In this document: piece after piece, positions 50,402 through 61,635 of the stretch
Position numbering within the stretch: the first letter of the stretch is position 1
Layout: the number at the start of each line of letters is the position of its first letter
NCBI GenBank assembly: GCA_022071965.1
Contig: JAJVIQ010000021.1
Span: forward strand, 1,288-65,287
DNA from: Gammaproteobacteria bacterium
Lineage (GTDB): Bacteria; Pseudomonadota; Gammaproteobacteria; JAJPIJ01
Direction: 5' to 3'
DNA: 64,000 nucleotides
The notes under the pieces: model-generated
Database searches by the model: none
Seen by the model: the letters and a program-made list of their open reading frames with translations, nothing else
What the model was told of the DNA's origin: nothing
Made by a program: the position numbers and the translations under genes

Positions 50402-52249
50402 TCAGGCCGTCCCCGAGGCCGCCTCCGGCAGCCCGAGCCCGGGTGCCGGCGCGGGCGGCGCGGTGTCGTCGCTGGCGGATTCCTCTTCCTCTTCCTGCCG
50501 CTGCAGCTCCCACATCTGGGCGTAGGTCCCCGCGCGGGCGAGCAGCTCGCGGTGGGTGCCGCGCTCGATGATCCGCCCACCCTCCATGACCAGGATCTGG
50601 TCGGCATCCACGATGGTGGAGAGCCGATGGGCAATGACCAGCGTCGTGCGATTCTCGGCAATCTCGCGCAACTCAGCCTGTATGAGCTTCTCGGTGCGGG
50701 AATCCAGCGCCGAGGTGGCCTCGTCGAAGATGAGGATGGCGGGCCGCTTCAGCAGGGTCCGGGCGATCGCCACCCGCTGTTTCTCGCCGCCGGACAGCTT
50801 CAGTCCGCGTTCGCCGACCATGGTGTCGTAGCCGTCCGGCAGGGCCATCACGAACTCGTGGATGTGGGCCGATCGCGCCGCGGCGATCACCTCCTCATCG
50901 CTCGCCTCGGGATCGCCGTAGGCGATGTTGTACCAGAGCGTATCGTTGAAGAGCACCGTGTCCTGCGGGACGATGCCGATGGCACGCCGGAGCGATGCCT
51001 GGGTGACCCCGCGGATATCCTGCCCGTCGATGCTGATGCTGCCGGCGGTCACGTCGTAGAAACGGAAGAGTAGCCGCGCGAGCGTGGATTTTCCCGCCCC
51101 GCTCGTACCCACCACGGCCACCTTGTGGCCGGCCGCAACCTCGAAGCCGACGTCGCGCAGGATCTGCCGTTTCGCCTCGTAGGCGAAATCGACGCGATCG
51201 AAGCGTATCGACGCGCCGGCGAGCGCCAGCGGCGCCGCGCCGGGCTCGTCGTCGACCTCGCGGTGCACCTCCAGCAGGCCGAAGAGTTTCTCCATGTCGG
51301 TGACGGCCTGCTTGATCTCCCGGTACATCACGCCCAGGAAATTCAGCGGCATGTACAGCTGGATGAGCAGCACGTTGACCAGCACGAGATCGCCGATGCT
51401 CATGGTGCCGGCGACCACCCCGCGGGCGGCGAGCGCCATCAGCGTGGTCACCGCGCTGGCGATGATGAAGGCCTGGGTGGAGTTGAGCAGGCCGAGCGAG
51501 GTGCGGCTCTTCACCGCAGCCTCCTCCCAACGCTGCAGGCTCTCGTCATAGCGGCGAGTCTCGAAATCCTCGTTGCCGAAATACTTCACCGTCTCGTAAT
51601 TCAGGAGGCTGTCGATGGCGCGCGTGCTCGCCTTGGAGTCCAGCTCGTTCATGGCGCGGCGGAAATGCGTGCGCCACTCCGTGATGACCACCGTGAAGAA
51701 GATGTAGCTCGCCAGCGCGGCCAGCGTGATGAGTGCGAACCAGATGCTGAAATTGCGCAGCAGCACGATGCCGATGAGCGTGATCTCCACGAATGTCGGG
51801 ATGATGCTGAAGATGGCATAGCTCAGCAGCGTGTCGATGCCCTTGGTGCCGCGCTCCACGTCGCGGGTCATGCCGCCGGTCTGGCGCTCGAGGTGGAAGC
51901 GCAGCGACAGCGCGTGCAGATGGCGGAAGGTCTTCAGCGCGACGTTGCGGATGCTGCGCTGCGCGACGCGCGCGAACAGGACATCCCGCAACTCGCTGAA
52001 CAACGTGCTCGACAGCCGCAGCAGCCCGTATCCGGCCACCAGCGAGATCGGCACCGCCAGCATGGCCTGGCGCGGGTCCAGGCTGTCGACGATGGCCTTG
52101 AGCGTGAGCGGCAGACCCACGTTGGCGACCTTGGCGATGACCAGGCAGCCGAGGGCAAGCAGGAGGCGGGTACGGTACTCCCAGACATAGGGGATCAGCG
52201 ATTTCAGCGCCGTCCAACTGCCGGTCGGAGCGCGCTTGGGTATCGTCAC
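50402..52249 (-). CDS. Fused permease/ATPase ABC exporter, Atm1/ABCB7/HMT1-like
   Basis: 615 aa with 6 TM helices. Walker A 'GTSGAGKST', 'LSGGEKQRVAIAR', 'ILIFDEATSALD'. The N-terminal 'LIPYVWEY...' resembles Atm1-type exporters. The subfamily call is from memory. Confidence 0.8.
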   Translation of the reverse strand: MTIPKRAPTGSWTALKSLIPYVWEYRTRLLLALGCLVIAKVANVGLPLTLKAIVDSLDPRQAMLAVPISLVAGYGLLRLSSTLFSELRDVLFARVAQRSIRNVALKTFRHLHALSLRFHLERQTGGMTRDVERGTKGIDTLLSYAIFSIIPTFVEITLIGIVLLRNFSIWFALITLAALASYIFFTVVITEWRTHFRRAMNELDSKASTRAIDSLLNYETVKYFGNEDFETRRYDESLQRWEEAAVKSRTSLGLLNSTQAFIIASAVTTLMALAARGVVAGTMSIGDLVLVNVLLIQLYMPLNFLGVMYREIKQAVTDMEKLFGLLEVHREVDDEPGAAPLALAGASIRFDRVDFAYEAKRQILRDVGFEVAAGHKVAVVGTSGAGKSTLARLLFRFYDVTAGSISIDGQDIRGVTQASLRRAIGIVPQDTVLFNDTLWYNIAYGDPEASDEEVIAAARSAHIHEFVMALPDGYDTMVGERGLKLSGGEKQRVAIARTLLKRPAILIFDEATSALDSRTEKLIQAELREIAENRTTLVIAHRLSTIVDADQILVMEGGRIIERGTHRELLARAGTYAQMWELQRQEEEEESASDDTAPPAPAPGLGLPEAASGTA

Positions 52250-52267
52250 GGCGGCAGCAACTTGCCT

Positions 52268-52747
52268 TTATTCGTCAGTCCAGTGACGAAAAGTGGCAGC
52301 CTGGCCCACCGGCCAGCCGTCGGTGTCGGTCAGATCCCAGATCGTGACGTCATGGATGCGAAACCGCCGGCCCGTGGCGCTGACGCGCACACCGAAGTAG
52401 CCCGTGATGTAGCCCAGCCTTCCGACCTGCTCGAGCACGCGCCGGCGCTCCTCCTGGCGATCGGTCTCGGCAGTGGCCTGCGAAGGCGTGCGCACGAAGC
52501 GCTCCCATGGCAGTTCCCACAGATCCAGCGCGGCGCGGTTGCCGTAGTTGAGGACCGGCTCGACGGCGGTGTCGTGCGAGGCGACGACGAATGGCGACCG
52601 GAACAGCCGCTCGGCTTCCTCCAGGGCGTCGCCGCTGCGGGCGATGAGCTCGCCGCCCGTGAGCCGGGCGTGGCTGTCGAGCAGAATCTGGGTCCAGGGG
52701 ATGATGATGGTTGGATCGGGCAGTTCGATGCGGCCGGAGACGGACAT
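52268..52747 (-). CDS. MEKHLA-domain (PAS-like) protein
   Basis: 'SPFVVASHDTAVEPVLNYGNRAALDLWELPWERFVRTPS' and 'GYITGYFGVRVSATGRRFRIHDVTIWDL' resemble stand-alone bacterial MEKHLA proteins. Start at 52747 is chosen inside the tracked ORF. Confidence 0.55.
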   Translation of the reverse strand: MSVSGRIELPDPTIIIPWTQILLDSHARLTGGELIARSGDALEEAERLFRSPFVVASHDTAVEPVLNYGNRAALDLWELPWERFVRTPSQATAETDRQEERRRVLEQVGRLGYITGYFGVRVSATGRRFRIHDVTIWDLTDTDGWPVGQAATFRHWTDE

Positions 52748-53068
52748 ACGGATCGCTATTGTACCGCCTCCACGGGTCCGGGACCGACCCTCGTCACCGC
52801 CCGGGGCCGCCGGGCGACCCTCCACGGCCGCAGATGCACTGGGTGCCGCCGCCGTGGCAGCCCTCAGTGGCCCGTGCCGGCGCCGCTGCCGCCGGCACGG
52901 GCGGCATGGCACCCACCGCGGAAGGAGGTGAATCGCATCGTCTGGTCCATCGGATCCCCGGTTCGATCGGTGCTCATGCCGAGTCTCCCGTGCATTGGCT
53001 CGACCATGCGCGCTCAACGGCGGGAGGCGCTGCCGTCGCGGCCCGCCACGGCAGGCCCTTCGACCTCG

Positions 53069-55720
53069 CTAGCGCTCGAGCAGTCCGCGCAGGCGGTAGA
53101 GCAGATCGAGCGCCTCGCGCGGACTTAGCGCGTCGGGATCGATGGCCCGCAGCGCCTCGACGAGGGGGGTGCGCGGCTCGAACAGCGACATCTGCGCCGT
53201 CGCTCCGGCCGGCGGCAAGGCGCGCGGCGTGTGTTCCAGGTCTTCCAGGTATCGCCGGGCGCGTTCGATCACTGCGCGCGGAACCCCGGCGAGCAGCGCC
53301 ACATGCAGGCCGTAGCTGCGGTCCGCAGGTCCATCCTTCACCCGGCGCAGAAACACGATCTGGTCGTGATGCTCGACTGCATCGAGGTGCACGTTGGCCA
53401 CCGCCGCGCATTCCCCGGCGAGCGTGGTGAGCTCGAAGTAGTGGGTGGCGAACAGCGTCCATGCGCGTATGTCATTCGCCAGCGCCTGGGCGGTTGCCCA
53501 CGCCAGCGCGAGCCCGTCGAAGGTGCTGGTACCGCGGCCGATCTCGTCCATCAGCACCAGGCTTTCCGCGGTGGCGTAGTGCAGGATGCTGGCGGTCTCC
53601 GTCATCTCCACCATGAAGGTCGAACGCCCCGAGGCGAGATCGTCGGCGGCGCCGATGCGCGTGAAGATGCGATCGACGGGCCCGATGCGCGCGCTCTGTG
53701 CCGGCACGAAACTGCCGGCGTGGGCGAGCAGCACGATGAGCGCGACCTGACGCATGTAGGTCGACTTCCCGCCCATGTTGGGGCCGGTGATGACCAGCAT
53801 GCGGCGCGCATCGTTCAGACCGAGGTCGTTGGGAATGAACGGTTCGCCGCCGCGCTGCTCGACGACCGGATGCCGGCCGGCGGTGATCTCGATCCCTGGC
53901 GCCTCGTCGAGCTCCGGGCAGGCGAGATTCAAGGCCTCGGCGCGCTCGGCATAGCAGGAGAGAGCGTCGAGCGCGGCAATGGCGGCGGCGCTGTCCTGCA
54001 GGGGTTGCAGATGACCCTGCAGCGCCTCGAGCAGCGCCTCGTACAGGTGCCTCTCGCGCGCCAGGGCGCGCTCGCCTGCGCTCAGCACCTTTTCCTCGTG
54101 CGCCTTCAGCTCCGGGGTGATGTAGCGCTCGGCGGCCTTCAGCGTCTGCCGGCGCTGGTAGCGCTGCGGCACCCGCCCGGAATGGACGCGGCTCACCTCG
54201 ATGAAGAAACCGTGCACCTTGCTGTAGCCGACCCTGAGGTTGGCGATGCCGCTGGCGGCGCGCTCGCGTTGCTCCAGATCGGCGAGGAACTGGCTGGCGT
54301 CGCCGGAGAGCGCACGCAGCTCGTCGAGCCCGGCATCGTAGCCCCCGGCAATGACGCCCCCGTCGCGCAGCCATATCGGCGGGGATTCCACGATGGCGCG
54401 CGCGAGGAGCTCGTGGACCTCCGGGAACGCGCCGATGTTCTCGTGTATCGCAATCAGCGCGGGCGCCTCGGCGCCGGCGATGCACGCACGCAGCACGGGC
54501 AGCGCCGCGAGCGCCTCGCGCAGCTGCGCCAGGTCCCGCGGACGCGCGGATTTCAGCGCCACGCGTGCGAGGATCCGTTCGATGTCGCCGAACCGCCGCA
54601 GGCAATCGCGCACGCGCGCGTGCGCGGCCTCCTCGAGCAGCGCCTGCACCGCCTGGTGCCGGGCGCGGACGGTGGACGGATCACGCAACGGGCGCGTGAG
54701 CCAGCGACGCAGCGTACGCCCGCCCATGGGTGTGATCGTGCTGTCCATCACCGCCACCAGCGTGTTCTGCGGCTTGCCGGCGAGGCTCGCGTCGATCTCC
54801 AGGTTCCGGCGGCTGGCGGCGTCGAGCACGATCGTTTCGCGCGACTGTTCCACCCGCGGCGGCTGCAGGTGCGGCAAGGCCGACTGCTGGGTGTCGACGG
54901 CGTACTGCAGGGCCGCGCCGGCGGCGGCGAGCGCCGCGGGCATGCCGTCGCAACCGAAGCCGGCGAGGTCGCTCACGCCGAACTGGCGCAGCAGCGCCCG
55001 CCGCGCCGTGTCCGGGTCGAAGCTCCATGGCGGGCGCGGCCTCACGCCGCGGCGCGCGGCGAGGCGCGGCAGCAGCGGGGAGCCCTCGGCGAGCAGGATC
55101 TCGCTCGGCTGAAGGCGCTCGAGCTCATCGGCGAGCGCGGTCTCGCCATCGAACTCGCCGAGTATGAACCGCCCGCCGCCAAGGTCGATGGCAGCCAGGC
55201 CGATGCGGCTGCCGGTGGCGTGCAGAGCGGCCATCCAGTTGTCGCGCCTGACGTCGAGCAAAGCATCGTCGGTGACGGTGCCGGGCGTCACGATGCGCGT
55301 GACCCGCCGTTCCACCGGCCCCTTGCCCGTCGCCGGGTCCCCCACCTGCTCGCAGATGACGACCGATTCGCCGAGCTTCACCAGCCGCGCGAGGTACTGG
55401 TCGACCGCGTGCGCCGGCACGCCCGCCATCGGGATGGGCTCTCCGGCGGACTGGCCGCGCGCGGTCAGGGCGATCCCGAGCAGCGTCGCGGCGCGCCGGG
55501 CGTCATCGAAAAACAGCTCATAGAAATCCCCCATCCGGTAGAAGAGCAGGGTCTGCGGGTGCTGCGCCTTGAAACCGAGGTACTGGCGCATGACCGGCGT
55601 GTGCTCGGCATGGGGCGGCGGGGCCGGGACCGCGCCCCCGGCCGGCCGGCCGGCGGCTCCGCCGCGGGGACTGCGGTCGGCGCCCGGTTCGCCGGCGGGA
55701 GGCTTGAATTGAGTGGCCAT
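53069..55720 (-). CDS. mutS: DNA mismatch repair protein MutS
   Basis: '[16 protein letters not shown]', Walker A '[14 protein letters not shown]', '[12 protein letters not shown]'. Start at 55720 (MATQFK), inside tracked ORF 53069..55840. Confidence 0.9.
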   Translation of the reverse strand: MATQFKPPAGEPGADRSPRGGAAGRPAGGAVPAPPPHAEHTPVMRQYLGFKAQHPQTLLFYRMGDFYELFFDDARRAATLLGIALTARGQSAGEPIPMAGVPAHAVDQYLARLVKLGESVVICEQVGDPATGKGPVERRVTRIVTPGTVTDDALLDVRRDNWMAALHATGSRIGLAAIDLGGGRFILGEFDGETALADELERLQPSEILLAEGSPLLPRLAARRGVRPRPPWSFDPDTARRALLRQFGVSDLAGFGCDGMPAALAAAGAALQYAVDTQQSALPHLQPPRVEQSRETIVLDAASRRNLEIDASLAGKPQNTLVAVMDSTITPMGGRTLRRWLTRPLRDPSTVRARHQAVQALLEEAAHARVRDCLRRFGDIERILARVALKSARPRDLAQLREALAALPVLRACIAGAEAPALIAIHENIGAFPEVHELLARAIVESPPIWLRDGGVIAGGYDAGLDELRALSGDASQFLADLEQRERAASGIANLRVGYSKVHGFFIEVSRVHSGRVPQRYQRRQTLKAAERYITPELKAHEEKVLSAGERALARERHLYEALLEALQGHLQPLQDSAAAIAALDALSCYAERAEALNLACPELDEAPGIEITAGRHPVVEQRGGEPFIPNDLGLNDARRMLVITGPNMGGKSTYMRQVALIVLLAHAGSFVPAQSARIGPVDRIFTRIGAADDLASGRSTFMVEMTETASILHYATAESLVLMDEIGRGTSTFDGLALAWATAQALANDIRAWTLFATHYFELTTLAGECAAVANVHLDAVEHHDQIVFLRRVKDGPADRSYGLHVALLAGVPRAVIERARRYLEDLEHTPRALPPAGATAQMSLFEPRTPLVEALRAIDPDALSPREALDLLYRLRGLLER

Positions 55721-55772
55721 CGCCCGCAAATATACGGCACCCGACCAAGCAGAAAACAGGGAGCGGTATCGT

Positions 55773-57650
<1,878 letters not shown>

Positions 57651-57735
57651 TACGGCGAACCGGGTCAATGAGCGCGGGGTGTTGCGGGATCGGGACCCCC
57701 AAGGCCGGAATGGCCTCCGGAGCGCGATTCGGGAC

Positions 57736-57768
57736 GGCGCGCGCCATGCGCAAGGCATGGTGCGCGCC
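57736..57768. terminator. 14-bp GC-rich hairpin between convergent htpG and the small ORF
   Basis: GGCGCGCGCCATGC-gcaag-GCATGGTGCGCGCC (one G-U pair). It has no U-tract, so it could be a terminator or an RNA-stabilising hairpin. Confidence 0.35.
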
Positions 57769-57777
57769 TGAAGACGT

Positions 57778-57939
57778 CTAACGCTTTGCTTTGGTGGCCT
57801 TTTTCGCGGGCGTGCCCTGGGCCACGACCTTCAGGACGGGAGCTGTCGCCGTCTTGACGTTGGCCGTCGGGATCGTGGCGGACATTGCATAAATCCCGCG
57901 GTATTGTGTGGCCACCCGCGGCTTGGACTGATGCTGCAT
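57778..57939 (-). CDS. Small (53 aa) Lys/Ala/Thr-rich basic protein, unknown function
   Basis: ATG 57939 is preceded by GGAGG (4-nt spacer) and a ~35% GC promoter-like tract. Sequence MQHQSKPRVATQYRGIYAMSATIPTANVKTATAPVLKVVAQGTPAKKATKAKR. The GC3 bias is compatible with coding. No family recognised. Confidence 0.4.
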   Translation of the reverse strand: MQHQSKPRVATQYRGIYAMSATIPTANVKTATAPVLKVVAQGTPAKKATKAKR

Positions 57940-58066
57940 GATGCCTCCGTTACTATAAATAACTTTAAAGATATTCGCTAACACATTGTTTTGGAAGTAT
58001 AGCAAAGCCTCCGTGCTATAGCAACTTCGGTTTGTACGTATATTCTCGGATAGCCCTGATGCGAGA

Positions 58067-58091
58067 GTCGCACCATGGTGCGACGCGTTTT
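58067..58091 (+). terminator. Perfect 18-bp palindrome plus T-run (orphan terminator or operator)
   Basis: GTCGCACCATGGTGCGAC (58067-58084) followed by GCGTTTT. No annotated plus-strand gene ends here. Confidence 0.4.
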
Positions 58092-58402
58092 GGCCGGAAC
58101 GCGACAATCCGCGACCGATCTCCCATCGGAAGGTTCGCATATGGGCGACCTGGCTGGCCGGATGGTTGTCTTGTGTGACCCGAAGGCCTTCGGGCTCCCG
58201 CATGACGGCGCGGTCGAGCGGCCGGCGCGACGGTGGGCATGGCGGGGCCGGCGATCGCGCTCAGGCCGCGGGGCACGGTGCGGCGGCGTGCGAGGTCGTC
58301 GCTGCCTCTCTGCATGCGACTGCCCGCGGCAAATCCGCCACCCGGCTTGAATTGCGCGCTCACCGCGATGCTGGCCGTGTTCTCGGGCATAATGCCGGCC
58401 CC

Positions 58403-59323
58403 ATGAAACAGCCCTCCCCCAAGCAACCGCCGTCGACCGCCCGCGAACTCATCTACCTTGGTGAGCGCAAGTTCAAGCGCAGCAGGATCTTCTACGGGCA
58501 TGGCACCCGCGAGGCGCTGGACGAGTCGGTCAATCTCGTCCTGCGCGGGCTGGAGCTGCCGTTCGGATGCCCCGAGGAGGATCTCGACCGGCCGTTGACG
58601 AAACGGCAGATCGATCGCGTGCGCGCGCTGCTGCAGGAACGCATCGATACCCGCAAGCCGGCGGCCTATCTGCTCAACGAGGCGTATTTCTGCGGACTCA
58701 GCTTCTACGTCGACGAGCGCGTGCTGATCCCGCGCTCGCCTATCGCGGAGCTGGTCGAGCAGGGCTTCTCGCCGTGGGTGGCGGAGGGCCGCGTACGATC
58801 CGTGCTCGATCTCTGTACCGGCAGCGGCTGCATTGCGATCGGCGGCGCGCTGGCGTTCCCCGAGGCCACGGTCATCGGTGTCGATATCTCGCCGGATGCG
58901 CTGGCGGTGGCTGCCATCAATGTCGAACGGCACGAGCTGGGCGGTCGCGTCCGGCTGGTCCAGTCCGATCTCTTCGCCGGGCTGACCGGCGAGCGTTTCG
59001 ACCTGATCGTCAGCAATCCGCCATACGTGCCGGCCGGCGACATTGCCGAGCTGCCCGCCGAGTATGCCTTCGAACCGTCCCTGGCGCTGGCTGCCGGCGA
59101 TGACGGTCTGGCGATCGTCACGCGCATCCTGCAGGAGGCGACCGCCCACCTGAGCGCGCGCGGGGTGCTGGTGGTGGAGGTCGGTGATCGTGAGCAGGTC
59201 CTGGCGGAGAGATACCCTGACGTGCCGTTCACGTGGCTCGAGTTCGAGCGCGGCAGCGGCGCCGATGGCGTCTTCCTGCTCGACGCGGCGGTGCTGAAGC
59301 AGCACTTCCCGCCGCGCGACTGA
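58403..59323 (+). CDS. prmB: 50S ribosomal protein L3 N5-glutamine methyltransferase
   Basis: 'FYGHGT..ALDE', 'FYVDERVLIPRSP', SAM motif 'VLDLCTGSGCIAI', catalytic 'SNPPYV'. Start at ATG 58403, inside tracked ORF 58166. Confidence 0.85.
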   Translation: MKQPSPKQPPSTARELIYLGERKFKRSRIFYGHGTREALDESVNLVLRGLELPFGCPEEDLDRPLTKRQIDRVRALLQERIDTRKPAAYLLNEAYFCGLSFYVDERVLIPRSPIAELVEQGFSPWVAEGRVRSVLDLCTGSGCIAIGGALAFPEATVIGVDISPDALAVAAINVERHELGGRVRLVQSDLFAGLTGERFDLIVSNPPYVPAGDIAELPAEYAFEPSLALAAGDDGLAIVTRILQEATAHLSARGVLVVEVGDREQVLAERYPDVPFTWLEFERGSGADGVFLLDAAVLKQHFPPRD

Positions 59324-59349
59324 TAGCGGTTCGCGAATCGGCGAAGCCG

Positions 59350-59543
59350 GTCTGCCGGGCGTTGCGCGGCTACCGCTCGCACGAGTCCTTTTTTGGAGCT
59401 TGCACGGCCGTTCGGGCGCTCTGCCGGGGCTTGCTTGGCGCGCCTCGGCGGCGCGCGCAGCTGGATAGCGAGCACGACGCCGCGGTAGCGAGCGGTACAT
59501 GGAAGTACCGCGAGCGGTAGCCAAGCAAGCCCCGGCAGAGCGC
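59350..59543. repeat. REP-like intergenic element cluster (three copies of a ~30-nt unit, including a perfect 24-bp inverted repeat)
   Basis: GCGCTCTGCCGGGGCTTGCTTGGC (59416-59439) is the exact reverse complement of 59520-59543. A third, degenerate copy lies at 59350-59380 and shares TCTGCCGGG and GGCTACCGCTCGC (the complement of 59510-59522). Confidence 0.6.
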
Positions 59544-59604
59544 TATTGCCCACGCCCCACGTCCGTTAGGGGAGAAAAATCGTTGTCGACGGATGGGCGG
59601 CGCG

Positions 59605-60366
59605 TCAGTGCGGGGCGAGGCCGCGCGGCCGGTACAGCCTCACGGCGTTGCTGTACAGCGCACCGTCGGCGACGGCTGCCTCGAGCGCGTCGCGCAGGCG
59701 CGTTATGTCCGCCGGCTCGAAGGGGCGCGAGGCGCGGGTGGACGGCAGATCGGTCCCGAACAGCAGCGCGTTCGGGTTGATGCCGGCGATCTCGCGCACC
59801 ACCGGCACCGGATCGAAGTCTAGCCGGCCGAATCCGGACGCCTTCACCTGCACGCCGCGCTCGACCAGCTTGTAGATGGAGGTCAGTCCGGCGCGTGACA
59901 GGCCGAGGTGATCGATGACGACCCGCGGCAGGCCGAGCAGGGTGCGCAGCAGATCGGGCAGATCACCGCCGTCGATGTACAGCTCCACGTGCCAGCTCGC
60001 AAGCGCGTGCACCCGGCGCGCGAGAGTCGGCAACTGCGAGATGTCGGCGGACCCGCCGCGGCGGATGTTGAAGCGTATCGCCCTCACCCCCGCGGCGTTC
60101 AGGCGCAGGATTTCCTCATCGCTCACCTCCGGCGGCAACTGCGTGACGCCGACGAAATTGGGGCCCAGCGCATCGAGTGCGGCCAGCAGGTAGCTCTGGT
60201 CGAATCCCTGGAACGATGCCGAGACGATCGCTCCGCCGACTATTCCGAGCGGTTGCGTGCCCTCGCGGTAATCTCCGGAGGTGTAGGCGTCGGGCAGATA
60301 GCCCTGGTTGACGACGAGCGGAAACGCCGGGTCGATGATGTGCAGGTGGCTGTCGAAGATCATCAT
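59605..60366 (-). CDS. Amidohydrolase-2 family metal-dependent hydrolase
   Basis: 'MMIFDSHLHII' (HxH metal motif), '...VVIDHLG...' and 'LFGTDLP' are typical of the TIM-barrel amidohydrolase_2 family. Only the C-terminal 253 aa of tracked ORF 59605..61452 looks like real protein. Confidence 0.7.
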   Translation of the reverse strand: MMIFDSHLHIIDPAFPLVVNQGYLPDAYTSGDYREGTQPLGIVGGAIVSASFQGFDQSYLLAALDALGPNFVGVTQLPPEVSDEEILRLNAAGVRAIRFNIRRGGSADISQLPTLARRVHALASWHVELYIDGGDLPDLLRTLLGLPRVVIDHLGLSRAGLTSIYKLVERGVQVKASGFGRLDFDPVPVVREIAGINPNALLFGTDLPSTRASRPFEPADITRLRDALEAAVADGALYSNAVRLYRPRGLAPH

Positions 60367-60485
60367 GTTTTCGCCCCTCGCCTGCGCCGTGCCCGGCAGC
60401 CTGCCCATGCCGCGGCGATGGCCGCCATCACCGGCCTCCGGTCGATGTCGCGCAGCATAACCCGAATCGCCGGCGATCCGCCCGT

Positions 60486-61634
60486 TCAGGCGCGCGCGAG
60501 ATACTCGGCGGCGCGCGCGAGGCTGTCCAGGCTGTGCGCCGTTCCGATGAAATCGAGCATCGCACGCAGCGCCGGCGGAAACTCCTCCGCCACGCGGATG
60601 CCCTCGCACCCCAGCAGAGGATTCAGCCACAGTATCCGGTGCGCGCGCTGGCGCAGCACCCGCACCGCCTCGGTCAGGTCCTCCGGGGAATCGCTGTCCA
60701 TCCCGTCGCTCAGTATGACCACGATGGCGCGGCGGTCCACGTAGCGGCCGGCGTACCGCTGGTTGAAGCTGGCCAGCGATTCGGCGATGCGCGTGCCGCC
60801 CAGCCAGAGTTCGTTGCGGGCCTCCAGGCGCTTGCGCAGGGCATCGGCGTTCACCTCGCGATACAGCCCGGTCACGCGGAACAGCCGGGTGTGGAACACG
60901 AAGGCCTCCGCATCCGGAAAGACGCGCAGCAGGCCGCGGCCGAAGCGGGTGAGCAGGGGGCTGTAGCTGGCCATGGAGTGCGAGACGTCCTGCAGCCAGA
61001 CGAGGCGCGGCGGCTCGCGACGCCGCTCCATGAAACGCAGGTGCACGGGCAGCCCGCCGGTGGCCAGGTTGCGGCGCATGGTCCGGCGCATGTGGATGTG
61101 CGTGCCGCGCGCCACCTCGCGCCGCCGGCGCCTCAGGCGCCGGCGTATGCGCAGTGCCAGCCGCTCGGCGAGCACCTCGATCTCGCGCTGGTCGCGGCGA
61201 TCGGTGAGAAAGCGGAAGTCGCTGCGCGAGAGGGTGTTCTGGCGGCTCGCACCGGCGCCGATCTGCTGGATCTCCGCCGAATAGATGTTGTCCGGGTCCA
61301 TGGCGTGCGCCAGCCCGGTCAGCCCGCCGCGCTGCTCCCGGCGGCGGGCGGCGAGGCGCGGGTCGATCGTCTCGGCTGCGCTCAGTTCGTTGGGCAGCGG
61401 CGCGCGCGCCGGATACCAGTAGTTCTCGAACAGGGCATCGAAACGATGCCATTGCGCGACGTCGTGGCAGGTGAGCGCGCGCAGGCCGGCGCGCAGGAAC
61501 TCGGCATCCAGCGGATCGCTCAGCGCGGCCGCGCGCACCGCGTCCAGCGTCTCCTGCACGCCGATGCCATAGCCCTCCCGCCGGAGCGTGCGCACGAAGC
61601 CGGCGATCCGCTCGGCGGGTGCGTCCGGACGCAT
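60486..61634 (-). CDS. VWA-domain protein, CoxE-like
   Basis: 382 aa. N-terminal 'FVRTLRREGYGIGVQETLDA' is typical of CoxE-like proteins. Intact MIDAS 'LQDVSHSM' (DxSxS) and 'VVILSDGMDS'. Confidence 0.8.
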   Translation of the reverse strand: MRPDAPAERIAGFVRTLRREGYGIGVQETLDAVRAAALSDPLDAEFLRAGLRALTCHDVAQWHRFDALFENYWYPARAPLPNELSAAETIDPRLAARRREQRGGLTGLAHAMDPDNIYSAEIQQIGAGASRQNTLSRSDFRFLTDRRDQREIEVLAERLALRIRRRLRRRRREVARGTHIHMRRTMRRNLATGGLPVHLRFMERRREPPRLVWLQDVSHSMASYSPLLTRFGRGLLRVFPDAEAFVFHTRLFRVTGLYREVNADALRKRLEARNELWLGGTRIAESLASFNQRYAGRYVDRRAIVVILSDGMDSDSPEDLTEAVRVLRQRAHRILWLNPLLGCEGIRVAEEFPPALRAMLDFIGTAHSLDSLARAAEYLARA

Positions 61635-61635
61635 C

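Noticed and set aside
57778-58203. 141-aa minus-strand ORF spanning the AT-rich tract
   Set aside because: Only the last 53 codons follow a good SD and have coding-like composition. The upstream part reads through a ~35% GC promoter-like tract and the 18-bp palindrome.
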